A stretch of DNA of 61,409 bases, filler included, from an uncultured Thermoplasmatales archaeon (GTDB taxonomy: Archaea; Thermoplasmatota; E2; DHVEG-1), in assembly GCA_964517155.1 (NCBI GenBank). It is 4 parts of 4 records of this genome, joined end to end, with 100 filler letters (N's around TTAATTAATTAA, not from the genome) between each part and the next. Parts side by side here need not be neighbours in the genome. Positions count along the whole stretch, not along the records: positions 1 to 31,748 come from CAZFAZ010000076.1; 3 more parts are not named here. One strand, 5' to 3'. The notes under the pieces are model-generated. The model saw only the letters and a list, made by a program, of their open reading frames with translations. It ran no database searches and was not told the origin of the DNA. The translations under genes were made by a program, and so were the position numbers. This document shows positions 10,547-20,738 of this stretch, piece after piece; the first letter of the stretch is position 1; every line of letters begins with the position of its first letter.

Positions 10547-10705
10547 CTATTTTTTGTTTTTATTTACAAATTTTTTGATTTCCTCGATGTTTTCAAGTAT
10601 CATTTCTGCTTTTCTAAGTCCAAATCTAAATGGGTATGCATCGTTTTCATCTTTTTTTATTGCAATTACTGGATTGCCATTATAATCTTCAACTTCTACG
10701 ACCAT
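10547..10705 (-). CDS. Small 52-aa hypothetical protein (not in ORF track)
   Basis: SD AGGAGG then ATG. Translates to MVVEVEDYNGNPVIAIKKDENDAYPFRFGLRKAEMILENIEEIKKFVNKNKK*. Confidence 0.75.
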   Translation of the reverse strand: MVVEVEDYNGNPVIAIKKDENDAYPFRFGLRKAEMILENIEEIKKFVNKNKK

Positions 10706-10929
10706 TTTATTTTGCCTCCTTATTTAATCAGGGTAGTTTTATTATATATTATATACTTTTCTTTTATTTTATATATTATATTAGTTTATACTATTATATA
10801 TTATTTTTGTTGAAACTGAAAATTATAACGCAATATTGGTCACACCCCAAAACAAAGCACTATACATCGGTAAAGTATATATATGCTATTTATTATCTGG
10901 GATTTCTTAAAAAAATTTAGGTGATAAAT

Positions 10930-11151
10930 CTGGGAAATATACGACAGACCTATATCAAAAACGTCGCAATTGACCTTGCTATTAAATATCCTGCTGAATT
11001 TAAACATGATGATTTTCAGCATAATAAACATAAAGTTGATGAGTTTACTGATGTAGAAAGCAACCTTCTTAGGAATCGTATAGCAGGGTATATTACTCGC
11101 TATCTTGCTAATCAAAAAAAAGGACCAAGAAAGCAACCTGATTTTGAGTAA
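10930..11151 (+). CDS. rps17e: 30S ribosomal protein S17e
   Basis: GNIRQTYIK...LRNRIAGYITR. Probable CTG start after SD AGGTGA. Confidence 0.95.
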   Translation: MGNIRQTYIKNVAIDLAIKYPAEFKHDDFQHNKHKVDEFTDVESNLLRNRIAGYITRYLANQKKGPRKQPDFE

Positions 11152-11208
11152 CAACCCAAAATTTATTTTAATAGTTGTTTTTTCCCTGATACTTGGGGGC
11201 GAATTTAA

Positions 11209-11894
11209 ATTAACATAATTCAAGAAGCAATAAAAGAACTTCAAAAAGGAAAATTCATACTTATTTTTGATGATGATAAACGTGAAGGAGAAACAGATCT
11301 AGTAATAGCATCAGAATTTGCAACTCCCCAATCAATAAAAACTATGAGAAAAGATGGCGGTGGCTTAATATTTTTAATGACCTCAAAAAAAATTGCTGAT
11401 AAACTAAAACTTCCTTTTCTGTCTGATATGTACTCTTGCATTAATGATAGATATCCTGTTTTAAAAGAACTTATTGCAAATGACATTCCTTATGATTCTA
11501 AATCATCCTTTTCACTTTATATTAACCATAGAGATACATTCACAGGTATTACTGATATAGACCGCAGTCTTACAATGAAAAAGTTTGCAAGTCTTACTAA
11601 AAAAATTCAAAGTTTAAACGACGGTGTTGCAACAAAGATGTTTGGTAAAGAGTTCCGCTCCCCCGGACATATTCCAATTTGTGTAGCAGCAGAAGGGCTT
11701 TTAGACGAAAGAAAAGGACATACTGAACTAGTTATATCTATGATGAAAATGGCAGGTTTATCTCCTTCAGGTGGCGGCTGTGAAATGATGGGGGAAAATG
11801 GCAGAGCACTTTCAAAGGAAAACGCAAAAAAATATGCAAAAGATAACAATCTTGTCTTCATAGAAGGAAACGATATAGTTGAGGCTTGGAAAAA

Positions 11895-11907
<13 letters not shown>
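11209..11907 (+). CDS. ribB: 3,4-dihydroxy-2-butanone 4-phosphate synthase
   Basis: Frame open from ATT 11209, encoding IFDDDKREGETDL, then TFTGITDIDR, FRSPGH and RKGHTE. Confidence 0.93.
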
Positions 11908-12823
<916 letters not shown>

Positions 12824-12832
12824 AAAAAAAAT

Positions 12833-13255
12833 ATGGTAAAAGAAGAAAAAATAAGAATTGGAGCTGCTGTATCTGAGTTTAACTACGATATTACTATGAT
12901 GATGCTGGAGCAAGCAAAAGAGCATGCAATTTTTTTAGGTGCAGAAATAAATCATATTGTAAAAGTCCCCGGTGTCTTTGACATGGGGCTTGCAATTAAA
13001 AAACTACTTCAGAAAAAAGATGTCGACGGAGTAGTAGCTCTTGGCGCTGTAATCGAAGGTGAAACCGAGCATGATGACCTTGTAATTCAACATGCCTCAA
13101 GAAAAATAGCTGATCTTTCTATTGAATATGATAAACCAGTAGGTCTTGGTATTTCAGGACCAGGTATGACTCGTCTGCAAGCAGAAGACAGAATTGAACG
13201 TGCAAAAGCAGCAGTTGAAGCAGTTGTAAAACTTCATAGAAGACTTAAACTTTAA
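12833..13255 (+). CDS. ribH: 6,7-dimethyl-8-ribityllumazine synthase
   Basis: VSEFNYDIT, VPGVFDM, LGAVIEGETEHD and GISGPG. Confidence 0.95.
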   Translation: MVKEEKIRIGAAVSEFNYDITMMMLEQAKEHAIFLGAEINHIVKVPGVFDMGLAIKKLLQKKDVDGVVALGAVIEGETEHDDLVIQHASRKIADLSIEYDKPVGLGISGPGMTRLQAEDRIERAKAAVEAVVKLHRRLKL

Positions 13256-13275
13256 AAAAAATAATCAATATCAAT

Positions 13276-13818
13276 TTATTTTTCTTTATCTATCATCTTA
13301 AAAAGAGAAGGCAGATGAATAGTATAAGAACCATCTTTTTGAATAATAATTGGTTCTTCCTCAAGAAGTCCTTTTATATCTATTTTATAACTACCTGGGC
13401 GCTCTATATCAATAGTTTCTGGTCTTCTTTCCTGCTGCATTTCTGATTTTATTTTTTCAATTCTATCTTTTCTATAACTCTCATCTGTTAAAATACCAAC
13501 GTTTTCTTTATTATCTGGTTTTATTTTTTCTTGTTTATCAGATAAATGTTTCTCCATTGCTTTACGGACATCTTTTGGTTTAATGTTTATCCATTTACCA
13601 TATTTATCAACAATTTTATCTCCTTCTGAGCCCATGAGTTCTAAAAGAGTTTCATTAATATCTTTTCCAACTTCCTCAGTGATTTTATGTCTTTGCTGTT
13701 CATCAAGTGGTTCTTTTGTAAAGAAAAATCTGTTCCCGCCACAATCTGGACAACCTTTTAATAGCTGGGAGGAACCCTCCTCAAATGTTTTACCACATTT
13801 AAGACATTGATGAGGCAT
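13276..13818 (-). CDS. oapC: Zn-ribbon protein OapC/ArvC (DUF2072)
   Basis: MPHQCLKCG...LLKGCPDCGGNRFF and C-terminal GSYKIDI/DGSYTIHLPS; third gene of the operon. Confidence 0.85.
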   Translation of the reverse strand: MPHQCLKCGKTFEEGSSQLLKGCPDCGGNRFFFTKEPLDEQQRHKITEEVGKDINETLLELMGSEGDKIVDKYGKWINIKPKDVRKAMEKHLSDKQEKIKPDNKENVGILTDESYRKDRIEKIKSEMQQERRPETIDIERPGSYKIDIKGLLEEEPIIIQKDGSYTIHLPSLFKMIDKEK

Positions 13819-14196
13819 TTATCTTGCTCCACTACCTGAAATAATTTTAGTTTGAATCATATCATTATCTTTTTTAATCATTTTTAAAAGATTTGCAGGG
13901 CCTATAAGTGTCATACGAGGTCTTTTAACCATGCCAAAAAGCTTCTGAAGAAACGTAGGTGTATCTTCACCATATCCTTCCATTTCAACTCCGATGAAAG
14001 TATCATGTTCTATTTCTTTCATAGTTCGCTCTATAAGACTTGCTTGTTCCATTGGTGTAAGACCCTGTTCAAGCACAAGTATTTTTCCGTGTTTAACTTC
14101 TTTTATTATAAAATTTAGTTTTTCTTCAGAGGTAAGTCCATTGATTTTTTGTCGCGATATAAGATTAAAAGCAATATCTACATCTTTCTTGGTCAT
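13819..14196 (-). CDS. oapB: OapB/ArvB (DUF2073)
   Basis: ILVLEQGLTPMEQASLIERTM, FIGVEME and TLIGPAN. Confidence 0.85.
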   Translation of the reverse strand: MTKKDVDIAFNLISRQKINGLTSEEKLNFIIKEVKHGKILVLEQGLTPMEQASLIERTMKEIEHDTFIGVEMEGYGEDTPTFLQKLFGMVKRPRMTLIGPANLLKMIKKDNDMIQTKIISGSGAR

Positions 14197-14201
14197 GTAA
14201 A

Positions 14202-14858
14202 TTACCTCCTTTTCTTCTTTCGTTTTTTACCAAAGTGTTTAATCATTGTAGAGTAAAGAGTATCCGAATTATAACCTGTTAAAGCACTAATTGGTACAAC
14301 TGGATGCTGTGGAAACGCAGATTTAAGTGTTGCAGGACTTGACTCCTCCATATCTATTTTATTTGCAGCAATAAGAACAGGCAGGTTTCTTGCTTCAAGG
14401 TTTCCAAGTATTGTAACATTAACCTGTGTGAAAGGATCCTGCGTTGAATCCATAACAAGAAGTACCCCGTCGATATCTTCTAACCATTTAATCGACTCAA
14501 TCACACCTTCTGTTGCTTCTTTTGCACGCATTTTTGCTTCTTCTTTTGTAAGACCCCATGTATTCATAAATTCTTTAAAATCAACTTTTGTAGAAATACC
14601 TGGCGTATCCACTATATCCATGAACAGTGATGAATTACCGTTATCAACTTTTACGTCTTTTTTCCATTTAGCACGGCGTGTTTCATGAGGAATTTCTGAA
14701 ACACTACCCATGATATCACCAGTCCAATCACGTAAAATTCTATTGGCAAGAGTTGTTTTACCAACATTTGGGGGACCATAAATTCCAATTTTTGCGTGTT
14801 TTTTACCAAAAATTTTTTGTAAAATAGCAGAAAAACTACCTTTTCTAAATAGACCCAT
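14202..14858 (-). CDS. oapA: Era-like small GTPase OapA/ArvA
   Basis: GIYGPPNVGKTT, PHETR, DTPG, ANKID and SAL motifs; DPFTQVN. Confidence 0.9.
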   Translation of the reverse strand: MGLFRKGSFSAILQKIFGKKHAKIGIYGPPNVGKTTLANRILRDWTGDIMGSVSEIPHETRRAKWKKDVKVDNGNSSLFMDIVDTPGISTKVDFKEFMNTWGLTKEEAKMRAKEATEGVIESIKWLEDIDGVLLVMDSTQDPFTQVNVTILGNLEARNLPVLIAANKIDMEESSPATLKSAFPQHPVVPISALTGYNSDTLYSTMIKHFGKKRKKKRR

Positions 14859-15057
14859 CCGTTTTTTTCCTCCTAGTAACTAGGTAAATATGTAAAGAAA
14901 GGTATGCTAATAATAGTTTATTAGTTTAATGGTGTGAGTATTTTTAAATTAAATAAAATATCAAAAATTTAATTTATCTGTTAAATTTATGAAAATCCTT
15001 AAATATCAACAAGTTCATTATCATTTCTAATAATTTTAATCTGGGAGGCAGAATTGT

Positions 15058-15969
15058 ATGGCGGAGGAAAATAAAATCAAAGCAAATTATGAGAATTTGG
15101 ATTCACTTAAAGAAAAATTAGTTGCTGTTACAAGTGAAATTGATGCAATTAAAAGCTCTTTTGCAAAAAGCACTGAAGATCTATCAAAAATACAAGGAAT
15201 GCTCAGCATAGGCCACATTGAAGACATAAGTGGAGTAATAGAAAAATATGAAAGTCGTGTTGCTGAAGCAGAGAAAAAAAGAGCAGAAGCAGCAGATAGT
15301 TCAAAAAAATACAGCGAAGAACTTGAAAAAGAAAAAGAACGTCTAATAAAACTGTGGGATGCTTACAAAAACCAGGAAGAAGAATTAAGTAAAACTGAGA
15401 GTAAATTTGCAGAATACGAAGATCGTGTTAAAACAGCTGAGGCGACTCAAAAACAAATGCAAGATGACTACACTGCAAGAATTAAAACACTTGAACAAAA
15501 AGTTGCTGAAAATGAAAATAAAGCACAACATTTTGAGGATTACAGACAAAAATGTGAAGAATTTGATACAATTAGAAACAATCTTGAAACAGACTTATAC
15601 AATTTAAAAGAAGAAAACACGAGAAAGGAAAATGAGATAAACCAGTTAAACGAAAAACTCTATAAAGCAAGAGAAATGGAAAACTATGCAGAATACAAAG
15701 AAAAATATGAGGAGGTAAGCGCAGAATACGAAAGAGAAAAAGAGCGTCTTACAAAACTTTATCAGCTTTATGAAGAAACGGATAACGAATGCAAAAGACT
15801 CAAAGAAGAAAATGCAAACTGGCAGAAATGGTACAACGAAAAAATGGATATGTTTAACAGACTTTTATCAGCTACACCACCAACTGCAGCAACACCAGTT
15901 ACACCTGAAAACCCGATAGATAACCCAACAATTAAAAAGAAAAAAAAGCTTAAACTAGGTAAAAAATAA
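15058..15969 (+). CDS. Long coiled-coil protein with Pro/Thr linker and polybasic tail
   Basis: E/K-rich heptads throughout; SD GGAGG. Confidence 0.8.
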   Translation: MAEENKIKANYENLDSLKEKLVAVTSEIDAIKSSFAKSTEDLSKIQGMLSIGHIEDISGVIEKYESRVAEAEKKRAEAADSSKKYSEELEKEKERLIKLWDAYKNQEEELSKTESKFAEYEDRVKTAEATQKQMQDDYTARIKTLEQKVAENENKAQHFEDYRQKCEEFDTIRNNLETDLYNLKEENTRKENEINQLNEKLYKAREMENYAEYKEKYEEVSAEYEREKERLTKLYQLYEETDNECKRLKEENANWQKWYNEKMDMFNRLLSATPPTAATPVTPENPIDNPTIKKKKKLKLGKK

Positions 15970-15981
15970 AAAATTCTTTTT

Positions 15982-18087
15982 TTATTTTATTTTTATATCA
16001 CTATATCCTTCTCGGTTTTCTGTAACATAGATTATATTTTCCATATCGTTTTTTAAATCCTCGATATGAGTTATAAGAAAGATTTGTCTAAATTTTGAAG
16101 AAAGAGAGTTTAGTGCTTTCATAATGTTTTGACGACGTAAGTAATCCTGTGAACCAAATATTTCATCAAGAATGATAAAATTAAATATACCGCCGGCACG
16201 CTCTGTTATTACTTCAGAGATTGCAAGTCGTAAACACAAGTTTGCAAGGTCTTCTTCACCACCACTGAAACGATTTATGTTGTATAGTTCGCCATCATCA
16301 TAAATTTTAAGATCATATTTTTCATCAAGCTCGACTTCAGGGTATTTACCATTTGTAAGTCTGTTGAAAAAATCTGATGCATAGCTAGACAGCGTTGGTC
16401 TGATTCTAGATATTAGAAATGTCCTAAAATCAGACATTAAATCAGATAATATCAAAAGATATTTTACTGTGTTTTTTTCTTCTTTTATTTGTTTTTTATA
16501 TTTCTCAAGCTGTTCGATTTTTTCTTTGAGATTTTTTATATTTTGATCATTAAGTTTGATATTGTTTTGTTTTCCTTGCAATTTGAGTTTTAACTCAGAA
16601 AGTACATCTTTTTTATCTCCAAGTTTTCTTTGAGAAGCTTCGTATTTTTCGAAGAATTCACTTGCTTGTTTCTTTGTTTTTTCAAAAATTTTTTCATCAA
16701 AAGAAATTTTACCTAGTTCTGTTACACATATTTCTTTTTTATCTAATGTTTGAATTTCACCTTTGAGCTCTATGTTGATATGTTTTACCAAAGATTCTAT
16801 GCTTTCTTTTTCACGGAGTTCTTTTTGCAAATAATTGTATCTTTTTTCAAGTGCTGTTTTTTCACGAAGGGTTCTTTCTTTTTTCTCAAGTTGTTCTTTG
16901 ATTTCCTTTTCAAATTTTTCTTTTTCATCTTTTTTTGTTTTGATATCTTTTTCAAATCGTTTTATCAAAACATTATATTGATCTGATAAAACTCGCTCGC
17001 ATGTTGGACATTCTGCCGCGGGTCCCATTTTTTTTATGCTTTCTTTTTTTGAATTGATATCAGTGATATCTCTTTGGATTCTTTCTGAAAGTGTTTTTCT
17101 TTTCTGTATTTCTCTTACAAAGTTTTCAAGTGTTTTGTTTGTTTCATTTATTCTTTTTTCAATCGATTTTACATCTGAATCAGTGTTTTTAAATTTGTTT
17201 AGTTTTTTTGTCTCTTCTTGTAGTTGTTTTTGTCTTTTTAGTATTTTTTCTTTTAGTTCTTTGATTTCTTTTTCAAGTTTTGTTTTGTTTTCAAAAAGTG
17301 TTTTTTGCTCTGCTTGTTTTTCTTTGTCTTTGTTTAGTTTTTCGTATTCTTTTTTGTTCTGTTCAACTGTTTTTTTAAGGTTTTCAAGTTCTTTTTCTTC
17401 TTTGTTTGTTTTTTCGGAAAGGCTCTTTATCTCTTTGGTTATTTTTTGTTTTTCTTGTTCATATTCTTTGATTTGTGCTTTGTAGACTTCGTCTTTATTT
17501 TTCTGATTTTCATCCAAAAGATCTTCGCTTAATCTTTTGATAGTGTTTTCTTTTTGTTTTTTGTCTGAATTGATTTCTTTTACTATATCGTCAAGTGAAT
17601 CGATTCCAAGCATACGAAGTATAAGTGGTCTTCGTTCACTTGCGTTCATACTGCTAAGTGCATTGAGTTCTTTTTGTCGAGCAAATATACTTGTAAAAAA
17701 GGATTTGAAATCCATTCCAAGTTTCTTTTGTATAAAGCGTGTAACAGAATCCGCACTTGTGGCTGCAACTTTTCCATTCATTGTTGCAGTTGCTTGTACA
17801 GTAAGACTTTTGCCTTTCATCTCGCGGACTACTCGGTAGTTTTCACCTTCGAATACAAATTCAAGTTCGACGCGGCATGGATCGTTGGATGGCAGGTTCT
17901 TTGTTTTGATTTGATCAGCTGCGGTTCTTGCAGCAGCGGGACCATACAAAACCCAGGAAATTGCTTCAAAAATAGTGCTTTTTCCAGTACCATTAAGTCC
18001 TACTATTCCTGTTATACCGTCTGGAAAATCAATGGTTGCATTTTTGAATTTTCTAAAGTTTTTGAGTGTAAGATTTTTTATTATCAT
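15982..18087 (-). CDS. rad50: DNA double-strand break repair ATPase Rad50/SbcC
   Basis: Walker A GLNGTGKS, zinc hook CPTC, signature FSGGE and Walker B ILDEIFGSQD. Confidence 0.93.
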   Translation of the reverse strand: MIIKNLTLKNFRKFKNATIDFPDGITGIVGLNGTGKSTIFEAISWVLYGPAAARTAADQIKTKNLPSNDPCRVELEFVFEGENYRVVREMKGKSLTVQATATMNGKVAATSADSVTRFIQKKLGMDFKSFFTSIFARQKELNALSSMNASERRPLILRMLGIDSLDDIVKEINSDKKQKENTIKRLSEDLLDENQKNKDEVYKAQIKEYEQEKQKITKEIKSLSEKTNKEEKELENLKKTVEQNKKEYEKLNKDKEKQAEQKTLFENKTKLEKEIKELKEKILKRQKQLQEETKKLNKFKNTDSDVKSIEKRINETNKTLENFVREIQKRKTLSERIQRDITDINSKKESIKKMGPAAECPTCERVLSDQYNVLIKRFEKDIKTKKDEKEKFEKEIKEQLEKKERTLREKTALEKRYNYLQKELREKESIESLVKHINIELKGEIQTLDKKEICVTELGKISFDEKIFEKTKKQASEFFEKYEASQRKLGDKKDVLSELKLKLQGKQNNIKLNDQNIKNLKEKIEQLEKYKKQIKEEKNTVKYLLILSDLMSDFRTFLISRIRPTLSSYASDFFNRLTNGKYPEVELDEKYDLKIYDDGELYNINRFSGGEEDLANLCLRLAISEVITERAGGIFNFIILDEIFGSQDYLRRQNIMKALNSLSSKFRQIFLITHIEDLKNDMENIIYVTENREGYSDIKIK

Positions 18088-19223
18088 TTTCCTTCGTCAC
18101 GTGCTTGTATTTTTTCAATATAATTTATTCCAAGTTCTTTTATTGTGTCAGAATCCTCTAATTTTTGTGCTTCTAAAAATTTTGAAAACTCGTTTACAAG
18201 TGCATCTATCTTAGATGTGTTTGCTTGTTTTTCTCCTGCTTCTTTTTTTGTGATATTTGCTTTTATTTCGTAGTGTACTGCATCTTGTGTTAGTTTTCGA
18301 ATTTCTGAAAAATCAAGGTTTCTGTAAACCGCTGATGGTATGTCATCAAGAGTGATTCTTATGGTTTTTTCTTTTGGTTTTGCATCTGTTACTTTTTCTT
18401 TTATTTTTTTCATGATTTCTTCTAGTTTGAGATTTGAGCATTTTATAGGTTTTATATCAACCATGGGTCTTGTTTTTAGTTCTATGAATTTAGGTGTGAT
18501 TTTATCTGATATATCAAGTTCGATGAATCCTTTTTTATCAGTTGCATCTGTAAATGTTAGGCTTTCTGTAGAGCCAGAATAATATGCATTGTCTGCAAGA
18601 ATTGAGTATCTATGAAAATGACCAAGGGCTATATAGTCAAAGGATCTTGAAAGAATTTTTGCAGGAATGATGAGTTCGTTGAACTCATTCATTGAAAAAT
18701 TCATAACACCTGTGACTGAGCCGTGTGATACGAAAATATTGTAATCCGATGATTTATCGGGTTTTAGTTTTTTTAGTTCTTCATCATATTCTTTTTTTGT
18801 ATTGCATTGTGGTATCGCATGAATCATAATTTTTTTATCATCTATCTCAAAAGGCAGTGTTTCGTATTTTGATTTGTATACAGGATAGGTATGCTCTATG
18901 TTGTCAAAAATACTGAATATATGACCTGTTTCTTTTATCTTAGGCTGCTCATGGTTTCCTGATATAATCACTATTGGTATCTTCTTTTTTGTAAGTCTAA
19001 AAATCTGATTTATTGCAAAAGTGATAGCCCTATTATTTGGCCTTACCGCATCAAACAAGTCTCCAGCATGAATTATCAGATCTGGTTTTGCGCTTATCGC
19101 ATAATCAACAAATTCTTCAAATGCTTTGTAGACATCCATCTCACGCTGATTTATCCCATCGGGTGTTGCCTTGCGGTAGGCAGAATAGCCAAGATGTGTA
19201 TCAGAAACATGAAGTATTTTCAT
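18084..19223 (-). CDS. mre11: Mre11/SbcD nuclease
   Basis: SDTHLG, AGDLFD, GNHE and ALGHFH; overlaps rad50 by 4 bp. Confidence 0.93.
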   Translation of the reverse strand: MKILHVSDTHLGYSAYRKATPDGINQREMDVYKAFEEFVDYAISAKPDLIIHAGDLFDAVRPNNRAITFAINQIFRLTKKKIPIVIISGNHEQPKIKETGHIFSIFDNIEHTYPVYKSKYETLPFEIDDKKIMIHAIPQCNTKKEYDEELKKLKPDKSSDYNIFVSHGSVTGVMNFSMNEFNELIIPAKILSRSFDYIALGHFHRYSILADNAYYSGSTESLTFTDATDKKGFIELDISDKITPKFIELKTRPMVDIKPIKCSNLKLEEIMKKIKEKVTDAKPKEKTIRITLDDIPSAVYRNLDFSEIRKLTQDAVHYEIKANITKKEAGEKQANTSKIDALVNEFSKFLEAQKLEDSDTIKELGINYIEKIQARDEGK

Positions 19224-19236
19224 AATTTTATCAACT

Positions 19237-20622
19237 TTATTTCAAACGAGCAAGTTTCATAGAAACAATATCACAGACAAGGGTTTCTGCATCAAGCGTT
19301 GGAGCAATGGGTGGTGCATATGCTGTCTCTAGTTTTTTTAAGGTTTCTATATCAAGATCTGCAAGAATTGCGCATGCAAAAGTATTGATTCTTTGTGCTG
19401 CTTTATCCCCTACTGCTTGAGAACCTAGTATCTTTTTTGTTTTTTCATCTACGTTAAGTTTTATTGTTATTTTTTTACCACCTGGAAAATATTCCGGAAG
19501 TGATTCTCCATTATATTTTGCAGAAATAACTTTGTAATCCATAAGTTCTTTATTTGTAAGTCCTACTGCAGCAACTTCTAGTCCAAAAAAAGTTGATGTA
19601 CATGTTTGCAGCATACCATCTGGCAGAGAATATTGTCCACCAGCAGCATTTATCCCTGCAGCAACTGCTTGTCTTACAGCTATACTTCCAAGCCCTACAG
19701 GCACATCCTTTTTTGATATATAATCTATGAATTCTGTACAGTCGCCTACAGCATAGATATTTCTCAAACTTGTCTCAGATTTATTATTTACCACGATTCC
19801 TCCAAATTTTCCAAGAAGGCACCCAGCGTTTTTTGCAAGCGTAGACTCAGCTTTACAGCCAGTTCCAATTACCAAGATATCAGTTTTTATCTTTGCTTCA
19901 GAGTTAGTGTTTTTATCTTTAATTATTACGTTTGAAACTTTGTTATCTTGTGTTTCAATTCGTGTTACAAGATGATTTGTGATAAGTTGTATTTTATCAG
20001 ATATTTCTTTTTCAATCAAATCTGACATGTCACTGTCAAAGACTCTTGGAAGAATGTTTTCAAGGGCTTCAATTACTGTTACCTTAAGTCCTTTTTTTTT
20101 AAAGGATTCTGCAAGTTCAAGTCCAATAAAACCAGCGCCCACTATTACTGCAGAAAAACCTTTTTTAATAAAACTTGATATTTCTTCTGCATCATTTATT
20201 GTTCGTAGTACAAATACGCCTTTTACAAGTTTATTTTCTGATTTTATATTTTCAATTGGCGGGATAAAAGGTTTTGCACCTGTCGCAATAATTATTTTAT
20301 CATAGTTTTTTTCAATTGTATCTTTTTCTTTTCTTGCATAGATTATTTTTTTGTTGGTATCAATTTTTTCTACGTTTGTATTTAGAAATAAATCAATTTT
20401 TTGTTTTTTGAACCATTCTTCATCAAATTCTATTAAATCATTTATTTGGGGTATAACACCAGATATAGCATAAGGAAGACCGCATTTTGAATACTGTGGA
20501 TATTTTCCTTTTTCAAAAACTGTAATGTTTGCTTTTCTATCTGTTTTACGGGCAAACTGTGCAGCGGTTCCGCCACCAGCACCACAGCCAATTATTACTA
20601 TTTGAGCATCTTCTTGATTCAA
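19237..20622 (-). CDS. NADH oxidase / CoA-disulfide reductase family flavoprotein
   Basis: IIGCGAGG, YSKCGLPY redox Cys, ATGA, GAGFIGLE, YAVGDC and YAPP. Confidence 0.88.
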   Translation of the reverse strand: MNQEDAQIVIIGCGAGGGTAAQFARKTDRKANITVFEKGKYPQYSKCGLPYAISGVIPQINDLIEFDEEWFKKQKIDLFLNTNVEKIDTNKKIIYARKEKDTIEKNYDKIIIATGAKPFIPPIENIKSENKLVKGVFVLRTINDAEEISSFIKKGFSAVIVGAGFIGLELAESFKKKGLKVTVIEALENILPRVFDSDMSDLIEKEISDKIQLITNHLVTRIETQDNKVSNVIIKDKNTNSEAKIKTDILVIGTGCKAESTLAKNAGCLLGKFGGIVVNNKSETSLRNIYAVGDCTEFIDYISKKDVPVGLGSIAVRQAVAAGINAAGGQYSLPDGMLQTCTSTFFGLEVAAVGLTNKELMDYKVISAKYNGESLPEYFPGGKKITIKLNVDEKTKKILGSQAVGDKAAQRINTFACAILADLDIETLKKLETAYAPPIAPTLDAETLVCDIVSMKLARLK

Positions 20623-20738
20623 AATTTTTTTAACCCCCCACGAAATGGATTAATAGCAATAAGTCTTTTAATTGTTTTTATTAATTTTTAATAAAAAGGA
20701 AAGTATGAAAATAATAAAAATAAGTTAAAAAGAGAATA

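Noticed and set aside
11152..11208. FMN riboswitch ahead of the rib operon
   Set aside because: The intergenic space is 57 bp and lacks RFN consensus sequence.
10630..11244. ORFs 10630-10920 (+) and 10840-11244 (-)
   Set aside because: They are low-complexity AT-rich or antisense frames overlapping the better supported 52-aa gene and rps17e.
14859..15057. Replication origin next to oapABC
   Set aside because: No ORB-like (TCCA-N-TGGA/G-string) repeats are visible; the region is only AT-rich promoter sequence.
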